DNA from: Escherichia phage fEg-Eco06
DNA length: 45,491 bases
Sequence record: PQ141284.1
Strand: one strand, 5' to 3'
Of the stretch, positions 39,967-45,491 are shown in pieces. The notes under the pieces are model-generated. The model was not told where the DNA came from. It searched no databases and was given only the letters and a program-made list of their open reading frames with translations. Each line of letters starts with the position of its first letter. Positions within the stretch are counted from its first letter, which is position 1. The translations under genes were made by a program, and so were the position numbers.

Positions 39967-39982
39967 GCGGCCCGAAGGCCGC
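39967..39982 (-). terminator. hairpin/terminator
   Basis: On the minus strand: GCGGCC, loop TTCG, GGCCGC, then TTTAAC. Confidence 0.45.
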
Positions 39983-39989
39983 GAGATAG

Positions 39990-40493
39990 TTATTCTTCTT
40001 CGAAATACTTGTTCTTGATTGCCGTCAGGCGTTCAAGGTACTCGGGCAGGTCTTCATCTTTAATCGCGGCAATCTTCATTTTCTTACCGGTGAACTCCTC
40101 CAGCAGTTCATCGGAATCGTCGCACGCAGCATCGCTAGGACCTTCGTTAATTGCATCGTCGATAGCCTGAATCTGGTCACGAAGAGACTGGTAATCGACC
40201 TCTTCTTTCTCTTCTTCTGGTTCTGGAGTCGGCTCCTCTACTTTAGCTTTACGCGGCTTGCGTTTCGGCTTCTCTTCTTCTTCTGCTGGTTTAGCGTCAA
40301 CGATGTCTTCACCTTCAACAGGGATTTCTTTTGTTGCTTCTTTTTCGCACTCAGCTACCGCTTCTTTGGTATACACTACCGTCTCTACTTCTAACGGCGC
40401 TGCAACTTGTGCTGACTGTTTCGCACTGTTCGCAGCAATCAGTTCATGTGCAACTACGAAACGTTCCAGTAATTTTAAGAATTGTTCTAACAT
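39990..40493 (-). CDS. highly acidic hypothetical protein
   Basis: 167 aa. Glu/Asp-rich with one Lys/Arg patch (KPKRKPRKAK). Confidence 0.6.
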   Translation of the reverse strand: MLEQFLKLLERFVVAHELIAANSAKQSAQVAAPLEVETVVYTKEAVAECEKEATKEIPVEGEDIVDAKPAEEEEKPKRKPRKAKVEEPTPEPEEEKEEVDYQSLRDQIQAIDDAINEGPSDAACDDSDELLEEFTGKKMKIAAIKDEDLPEYLERLTAIKNKYFEEE

Positions 40494-40515
40494 TTGTTTC
40501 TCCTGTTTATTTAGG

Positions 40516-40731
40516 TTACTCGCCGTCGCCTTCTGTAAGGCTATCGTCTATTAATTCAAATTTACCGTTTGAGTGTTGTATAGCTTCTTGCCCGCAATGG
40601 GCACAGACAATAAGTTTATCGAACCCATCAAACTCATCCCCCACCACGCAAGAAAGTACAAATTTATGTTTTGTACATACTTCTTGAGGTTCACCGAAAA
40701 TTGCGTGAAAACATCTCGCCACTACATTCAT
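40516..40731 (-). CDS. small zinc-ribbon-like protein
   Basis: 71 aa with Cys/His pairs (C..H...C...CAHCG). First gene behind the promoter at 40764-40792. Confidence 0.55.
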   Translation of the reverse strand: MNVVARCFHAIFGEPQEVCTKHKFVLSCVVGDEFDGFDKLIVCAHCGQEAIQHSNGKFELIDDSLTEGDGE

Positions 40732-40763
40732 CTTCTGTCTCTCCTCTCGTTTGGTATGGGTTA

Positions 40764-40792
40764 ACTATAATAGCGAACTATTCACATGTCAA
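40764..40792 (-). promoter_or_regulatory. promoter, TTGACA-N17-TATAGT family
   Basis: On the minus strand: TTGACA (40792-40787), 17 nt, TATAGT (40769-40764). Confidence 0.6.
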
Positions 40793-40816
40793 TGGGCTTT
40801 TCTAAAATAATTAATA

Positions 40817-40825
40817 TGGTACTAT
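40817..40825 (+). promoter_or_regulatory. candidate extended -10 promoter for XRE gene
   Basis: TGgTACTAT at 40817-40825. The -35 (CTTTTC) is poor. Divergent from the 40764-40792 promoter. Confidence 0.35.
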
Positions 40826-40856
40826 TCACATATTAACTGACTAAGGAGTAATTGAC

Positions 40857-41072
40857 ATGCAACCATCTGAACTAGGCATCCGTATGGAACAACGCCGTAA
40901 AGAACTCGGCATCTCCCAGCGCCGTCTGGCTGTCCTGACTGGCGTTTCTCAGGGCGCGATTAACCAACTGGCACTTGGAGTAACTCAGGACGTCCGCCCG
41001 GCGACGCTGTTTAAACTGGCGGAAGTGCTTGAAGTAGACGCCAAGTGGTTGGCGTTAGGTGAAGGGGCTTAA
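40857..41072 (+). CDS. XRE-family HTH transcriptional regulator (Cro/CI-like)
   Basis: RRKELGISQRRLAVLTGVSQGAINQLALG is a classic HTH_3 signature. AAGGAG SD. Confidence 0.8.
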   Translation: MQPSELGIRMEQRRKELGISQRRLAVLTGVSQGAINQLALGVTQDVRPATLFKLAEVLEVDAKWLALGEGA

Positions 41073-41088
41073 GCCCCTTTTCTTTTTA
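41062..41088. terminator. rho-independent terminator (bidirectional position)
   Basis: AAGGGGC, loop TTAA, GCCCCTT, then TTCTTTTT. The stop codon lies in the loop. Confidence 0.65.
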
Positions 41089-41283
41089 TTGCACCTTTAT
41101 CGGGTATCTTTTGCGAAACTTACCTAACCCGCAGTACACGCTGTAAGCCTCTGTGTAACTGAACACAACATGATACCCGCGCCCATAAGGAACTACGTTA
41201 AGAACTTCTACTACTTCGCCTCTGTGGTTGGTGTATTTATTACCTTTCAGTTCGTCGCTTACTTCTTTAAATTTACCGCTCAT
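41086..41283 (-). CDS. hypothetical protein
   Basis: 65-aa ORF. ATGA-coupled behind the GAGGAGG embedded in the primase-helicase 3' end. Confidence 0.55.
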   Translation of the reverse strand: MSGKFKEVSDELKGNKYTNHRGEVVEVLNVVPYGRGYHVVFSYTEAYSVYCGLGKFRKRYPIKVQ

Positions 41284-43547
41284 TCCAAATCCTCCTCTGT
41301 CACTGTCAACATTTCATTCGGTTCGTATATTGTCTTTGGAATCTTGTTATCAGTTATTCTGGTGTTCAGCCTGTAACGACCTGGGATTATCTGATTGTTT
41401 TCGTCAGTACCCGGAACAAGATACCCGGCCTCAACCATTTTCTTAATCTTCCCGCGTTCTATGGCTTCTTTGGAGTTAAACGCCTTTGCGTTGGGGTCTG
41501 ACTGTGCGAGCTTATTCGCCGCGGCGACTGTGATGCCTTCGTTGCCGTTGTAGGTTCCTTCCGCCAGTTCAAACGCCGCGAGTATCGTGGCCTCCGAACT
41601 GTTGACGGCGTTCTCTACGGTTTTACGTACATTTTCTTTACCTTCTTTCGTCAACCCTTCTTCCCGCTCTTTCTCCTCGTCAGTTTTGAACGGCTCGAAA
41701 CCCCACGGCATCAACACAAGCGCCTTGTGTGGTTCAGGCAGGTCCAGGTTTACGATTGTGCCGTATTCCTCTGTGCTACCCAGGAACTCAACCGCTCGGT
41801 ATTCTTTAGGCGGCGGCGCTTCACGGAACTGTACCGACTCCAGCACCATGCCAACCGTCTTCTGCTGAGGCCCGTGCTTGAATTTCGAGTGATATACGTT
41901 TATCTGACGGTCGGTTGCACGTTCGATTGTCAGTTCCACGTCAACACCCGCATACAGCGCCCCACTGCCGCGTGCTTTCTTTCCACCCTTCGGCGTATGG
42001 TGGACAACGCCTACTGCGGCTTTAGTTGCATCGCGTACTTCTTTCAGAATGGCGATAACTTTACCCATGCCGATTGCTGTTGATGAACTGTTCTCGTCGA
42101 ACTTATCAATCGTCAGTGCCAGGGTCTGGTTAAGGGTGTCGAACGCAACCATGCCAATTGGCTCGTCGCCAGCAGTTTCGCGCATTAACTTAATCAGGCT
42201 TTTAAGTTTGCCGACTTCGCCCATATCGATGACATGTACATAATCTTTACCTTCCTCGCCGTATTTAGCCGCGAGCGCATCAATACGTGTACGTGTGGCT
42301 GCCCCACCCTCGCCGTCGATATAGAAATGGTGACAACGCTGGGTGTCAGCCCCTGCAAACCGGTATCCGGCGGCGCTCAGGTACATCATCCCCAGCGTAT
42401 AGAATGATTTGTACGTGCCCGATTCTCCGACGATACCCCAGATACAATCCGACGGCATGTACCCCTCAACGACGAAATCAGCCTTTACCGGCTCCGGTAA
42501 CTCGTCCTCCTCTGAGTCCTCGTCGTCTTCCAGGTCGTCGAGGCTGCATGAGACAGATTCACGCGCCCCCCAACCGATGGCCTCTGCGACTTCACTGAAC
42601 GGCAGCCCGGTCGCATCGCACGCGTACTTCCACACCTCTTTCGGTGACAGGCCTTCTGTCGCCGTAATGTCTGTGTCGTGAATCATGGTTACGTTAGGCG
42701 CTTCGTATCCCTCGCGCGGGAAGCACAGCAGGAAGTCGTCCGGACGCGGCGTTGGGTCACTGTAGTTTTCAGCGTGTTCCGGTGTAGCTGGCATCTTAAG
42801 GCCGCGTGGTGTCATAACTCCGCCGTACTCGAACGCCAGCGCTTCGAACGCATCAGTAAACGCGGAGCGCAGTTCTTCCGGTATCTGGTAATCCGATGCG
42901 CTGCTCACCTCGTAATCCGGTATGCCTTCCAGTAACTCGTCCGGGTCAATCAGGTCGTTGCGACGCGACCAGATAACGGTAGAGCCGACCGGCGGCAGGT
43001 ACATCGGCTGGGACAGAGTGAACCCGCTGCGGTCAGCGCCCATGCCTTCGAAGAAGTGCTCCAGCAAGCCATGACGAACACGGATGATGTCGCCGCCTTC
43101 AACCGGGCGGCCCAGCGGCATGACGACGCGAAAGCGCGGTGACTCATCAGTATGTGATGCCGTGGTATACAGGCACATAACCTGACGGCTGCGCTTAACC
43201 AGGCGCACCGCTTCCTGGTACTCTTCCGGTGTTGCACTGTCGAAGTCCAGATACGCCAGCGACGATTTGCTCACAGACGCGTCACAGCGATAGAAGAAGC
43301 CTTTACGCGCTTGTTTAAAGCCACCGGTTTCCGGGTCTTTTACGGTGCTGTGCGCAGAGTCGCACGCGGCAGTAATATAGCCTGGCGCTGTCTTCGGGTT
43401 GATCCCGTCACGAACAGCATCGAGCGGCTGGATTAACTCTTTCAGGTCATCCAGTGTTGCCGTGTGTGTGGTTCTGACGTTTATATCCTTTTTCTCTGCC
43501 CGCGCGTTGCGACGTGACCACGAGTAGGATAAAATTACATCGGACAT
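41280..43547 (-). CDS. DNA primase/helicase (N-terminal primase-like domain plus RecA/DnaB-like P-loop ATPase)
   Basis: 755 aa. Walker A GIVGESGTYKSF, Walker B-like MVAFDTLNQ, and an acidic linker DDLEDDEDSEEDE. Confidence 0.7.
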   Translation of the reverse strand: MSDVILSYSWSRRNARAEKKDINVRTTHTATLDDLKELIQPLDAVRDGINPKTAPGYITAACDSAHSTVKDPETGGFKQARKGFFYRCDASVSKSSLAYLDFDSATPEEYQEAVRLVKRSRQVMCLYTTASHTDESPRFRVVMPLGRPVEGGDIIRVRHGLLEHFFEGMGADRSGFTLSQPMYLPPVGSTVIWSRRNDLIDPDELLEGIPDYEVSSASDYQIPEELRSAFTDAFEALAFEYGGVMTPRGLKMPATPEHAENYSDPTPRPDDFLLCFPREGYEAPNVTMIHDTDITATEGLSPKEVWKYACDATGLPFSEVAEAIGWGARESVSCSLDDLEDDEDSEEDELPEPVKADFVVEGYMPSDCIWGIVGESGTYKSFYTLGMMYLSAAGYRFAGADTQRCHHFYIDGEGGAATRTRIDALAAKYGEEGKDYVHVIDMGEVGKLKSLIKLMRETAGDEPIGMVAFDTLNQTLALTIDKFDENSSSTAIGMGKVIAILKEVRDATKAAVGVVHHTPKGGKKARGSGALYAGVDVELTIERATDRQINVYHSKFKHGPQQKTVGMVLESVQFREAPPPKEYRAVEFLGSTEEYGTIVNLDLPEPHKALVLMPWGFEPFKTDEEKEREEGLTKEGKENVRKTVENAVNSSEATILAAFELAEGTYNGNEGITVAAANKLAQSDPNAKAFNSKEAIERGKIKKMVEAGYLVPGTDENNQIIPGRYRLNTRITDNKIPKTIYEPNEMLTVTEEDLE

Positions 43548-43605
43548 GTTGTATTTCCTTCAGCAAGTAATTTGGCCTCGGCGTTCACCGCGTCGGGGCT
43601 TTCTT

Positions 43606-43839
43606 TTATTCCAGGTCTTCTAAAGTAGCTGTCATTCCGCGAACTTCAGCATCAGCGCTATATTTCCCACCAACGTTTTTCACGACACCGGATTTAACCA
43701 GCACCTTCAACGACCCTTCAATAATGGCTGAACTATAGTACTTAAAATAACTACGGCGCAAGTCGATAACACTGCATGACCCTTTTTTACGTGTTAACGA
43801 AACGACCGCCGTAAATACGCGTGACTGGAACTCTGTCAT
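43606..43839 (-). CDS. hypothetical small protein (possible winged-helix)
   Basis: 77-aa ORF, ATGA-coupled to the upstream HTH gene. Confidence 0.5.
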   Translation of the reverse strand: MTEFQSRVFTAVVSLTRKKGSCSVIDLRRSYFKYYSSAIIEGSLKVLVKSGVVKNVGGKYSADAEVRGMTATLEDLE

Positions 43840-44006
43840 TTCACATTCTCCTTAATCCACGCTTCCACTTTCTCTGGGTCAAACGTACCGGGCTGACGAC
43901 GGCCCATAATGCGAATACAGCAATCAGGGAACTTCCCACTCTTTAGCCAGTTATTCAGCGTTCGACGAGTAACCCCAATACGCTCAGCTACTTCATTCTG
44001 TGTCAT
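43836..44006 (-). CDS. small HTH DNA-binding protein (MerR/excisionase-like fold)
   Basis: MTQNEVAERIGVTRRTLNNWLKSGKFP. ATG 44006 lies behind GAGGG; the track gives TTG 44039. Confidence 0.6.
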   Translation of the reverse strand: MTQNEVAERIGVTRRTLNNWLKSGKFPDCCIRIMGRRQPGTFDPEKVEAWIKENVK

Positions 44007-44082
44007 TCTCAAACCCTCATTATCAGTTAACGAAACCAAGTATACATTGCGAATAATGGGAAATCAAACATAATCGCACCTA

Positions 44083-44111
44083 TTGACATTATGAAAATCT
44101 TCGTTTAAGGT
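44083..44111 (+). promoter_or_regulatory. sigma70-like promoter
   Basis: TTGACA 44083-44088, 17-nt spacer, TAAGGT 44106-44111. Confidence 0.45.
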
Positions 44112-44344
44112 GCTTCTATATCTTAGTTACTTTGATTCCTGTTCACCTTGTAATACCCGCTTGAAACGCAGCGGCGCCAAAGCGCCAGCGAAGTGTTAAG
44201 CGGCAGATTACTGAACATAAGAATTACCGTAACTTTCCTTCCGTAGTATCTCTGGTTGCCCTGGGCAAGTTCTATTCTCATCGGCAGCATATCTCTTAAG
44301 TATATGATAATTAAAAGTTTCTATAGTTGCCGTGAGCAATGTTG

Positions 44345-44403
44345 AGAGTACTTCACTCCGCTGGGGTGGGCTAACGCCCACCCACTGCGTTGCGTACTCT
44401 TTT
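44345..44403 (+). terminator. compound stem-loop / terminator-like structure
   Basis: The inner stem pairs GGGTGGGC (44364-44371) with GCCCACCC (44376-44383). The outer stem pairs AGAGTAC (44345-44351) with GTACTCT (44394-44400). TTT follows. Confidence 0.4.
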
Positions 44404-44442
44404 AAGAAACGAAAGAATCACAGCGGCAACGTAACTATTCTC

Positions 44443-44471
44443 TTGCACACCCCAACATAATAGGGTACTAT
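44443..44471 (+). promoter_or_regulatory. promoter, TTGCAC-N17-TACTATTCA family
   Basis: TTGCAC 44443-44448, 17 nt, TACTAT 44466-44471. Drives the rightward ORFs from 44506. Confidence 0.55.
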
Positions 44472-44505
44472 TCACTTATCGAAACGAGACAGAGGAGTGA
44501 GGGTT

Positions 44506-44697
44506 ATGTTTAAGAAGGGTCAGTTGGTTAAAACTAAACGCGGAGGGCAATATGTATTAGTGTTGCAGGACGAGAGCGAGTATGACGAGGATAATCTGGT
44601 TGACGTATGGGGTCTGGTAAGAAAGAAAACTGGGTTCGCCTCACGCGATAATTTAGAACTCATCGGCAACAATTTTAAATTCAAAGGGGCGAAGTGA
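44506..44697 (+). CDS. hypothetical protein
   Basis: ATG 44506 (MFKKGQLVKTKRGG...) lies behind AGAGGAGTGAGGG. Confidence 0.6.
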   Translation: MFKKGQLVKTKRGGQYVLVLQDESEYDEDNLVDVWGLVRKKTGFASRDNLELIGNNFKFKGAK

Positions 44698-44912
44698 TGA
44701 TTAAGGTGGAGATTAAATCGAAAGAGACAAAACAAACTGTAGCCAGTAAAGAATTCAACAGTGAATCCGAAATAGGTCCCTGGTTAAAACAGTACGTACA
44801 TTTGCAGACGGTTTATATCATTCTGACGAAGGCAAGTGGCGTTACCGTTTTACTAGAACCGGCATCGAATAATGATGCTTGTGCCGACGACTCTGAGGGA
44901 GGTTGCCGTTAA
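44694..44912 (+). CDS. hypothetical protein
   Basis: 72-aa ORF with an ATGA overlap upstream. Confidence 0.55.
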   Translation: MMIKVEIKSKETKQTVASKEFNSESEIGPWLKQYVHLQTVYIILTKASGVTVLLEPASNNDACADDSEGGCR

Positions 44913-45067
44913 TGAAAATTCGAATAACTGACCGCAGGCTTATAGATTTCGGTATCTCGGTAGGTGATGTTTTTCTGGCGTTCAGCAGCAACCATTATGG
45001 TTTTATGATTGAGTACAAAGGGTCATTATTGTTCGTGTATCGGGATGAATGCGAGGTTCTGGTATGA
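44912..45067 (+). CDS. small hypothetical protein (51 aa, below track cutoff)
   Basis: Hand translation gives MKIRITDRRLIDFGISVGDVFLAFSSNHYGFMIEYKGSLLFVYRDECEVLV*, with GAGGGAGG upstream. Confidence 0.5.
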   Translation: MKIRITDRRLIDFGISVGDVFLAFSSNHYGFMIEYKGSLLFVYRDECEVLV

Positions 45068-45223
45068 GAGAAGCATTCGAACGGGGCCATCGTCGAGGGT
45101 CTGCCGGTTAATAAGGGTTCGAAGAAAGAGTACCTGAACGTTAAGACGCGTCTCGCGTGGTGGGCGTGGAAAGCTGGTGCGAATGTAATGGCTGGCGCAT
45201 TTGAGAAGAGAGGCGATTTATGA
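45064..45223 (+). pseudogene. frameshifted small ORF (interrupted at a GGGG run)
   Basis: ATG 45064 gives MREAFERGHRRGSAG*. The next frame continues start-less as AIVEGLPVNKGSKKEYLNVKTRLAWWAWKAGANVMAGAFEKRGDL* and ends in an ATGA overlap with the next gene. Deleting one G of 45083-45086 restores a 52-aa ORF. Confidence 0.45.
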
Positions 45224-45408
45224 GCAAGTGGATTAAGTGTAGTGAGCGGATGCCGGAGCCTTATGAATACGTTCTTGTAACTGATTGTTTTGTTGGCTGT
45301 GAGGTTATGCGTGTTAATTCAGATGGCTACTGGGGGCCTGCAAAGAGTTTATATCACGGTGATATAACGCACTGGATGCCTCTACCAGAGCCGCCGTCGC
45401 TGGTGTAA
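45220..45408 (+). CDS. DUF551-like protein
   Basis: MSKWIKCSERMPEP...ITHWMPLPEPP matches the DUF551 pattern (WI...MP......THWMPLPEPP). Confidence 0.6.
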   Translation: MSKWIKCSERMPEPYEYVLVTDCFVGCEVMRVNSDGYWGPAKSLYHGDITHWMPLPEPPSLV

Positions 45409-45442
45409 CAGGTCAATAGGTTACTATTTGTCTTTGTGACTT

Positions 45443-45470
45443 ACGCTGCTGTGTAGCAGCGTATCATTTT
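45443..45470 (+). terminator. rho-independent terminator
   Basis: ACGCTGCT, loop GTGT, AGCAGCGT, then ATCATTTTT. Confidence 0.6.
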
Positions 45471-45491
45471 TCTCATTTTTGTTCTATTTCA

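Noticed and set aside
1-45491. Search by eye for tRNA/tmRNA genes, CRISPR arrays, integrase/transposase genes, terminal direct repeats and toxin-antitoxin pairs.
   Set aside because: I saw no cloverleaf-compatible GTTCGAATC-type T-arm contexts, no regularly spaced direct repeats, no tyrosine or serine recombinase motifs, and no obvious identity between the two window ends. Absence is only as good as manual reading. tRNAscan-SE, Infernal and a repeat finder should confirm.

Overview
The window reads as a complete or nearly complete ~45.5 kb tailed dsDNA phage genome (siphovirus-type, enterobacterial style). From memory of gene order and motifs, with no search run, it resembles Jersey/K1G-like (Guernseyvirinae-like) phages. 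Layout: (1) 1-5.3 kb, rightward small early ORFs plus a holin / second membrane protein / GH24-endolysin cassette. (2) 5.5-18.6 kb, rightward terS, terL, portal, Mu-F/SPP1-gp7-like head morphogenesis protein, Ig-like protein, displaced Rz/Rz1 spanins, scaffold, major capsid, connector/neck genes and major tail protein. (3) 18.6-21.1 kb, a leftward island inside the tail module: P-loop kinase, HAD phosphatase, HTH-metallophosphoesterase, Imm-like membrane protein. (4) 21.2-31.2 kb, rightward tail chaperones with a -1 frame extension, tape measure, tip proteins, J-like protein and beta-helix tailspike. (5) 31.2-44.0 kb, leftward replication/modification module: Toprim, SNF2 helicase, C5-cytosine methyltransferase, VRR-NUC, family A DNA polymerase, DUF2815-like SSB, DUF2800/Cas4-like nuclease, primase-helicase, with one rightward XRE regulator. 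(6) 44.0-45.5 kb, a 450-bp noncoding region and rightward small ORFs. No tRNA, rRNA, CRISPR, integrase or transposase was recognised. The most unusual signals are these. (a) A 298-codon intein (9557-10450) splits the head morphogenesis gene, and its interior carries, on the opposite strand and codon-aligned, a complete endonuclease-like gene with its own near-consensus promoter and SD. (b) The C5-methyltransferase gene contains a 265-codon same-strand out-of-frame ORF whose translation carries methyltransferase-associated motifs (TWKxKTTPSG, WPTP, LNPxxSRWLMGYPPEW) and has its own SD and ATG. (c) Three promoter / short noncoding transcript / terminator cassettes; one would yield a ~65-nt CU-rich RNA beginning with the 16S rRNA anti-SD sequence, and one lies directly upstream of the late genes in a lambda pR'-6S-tR'-like arrangement. 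All functional calls rest on motif reading by eye and synteny. None was verified by database search.
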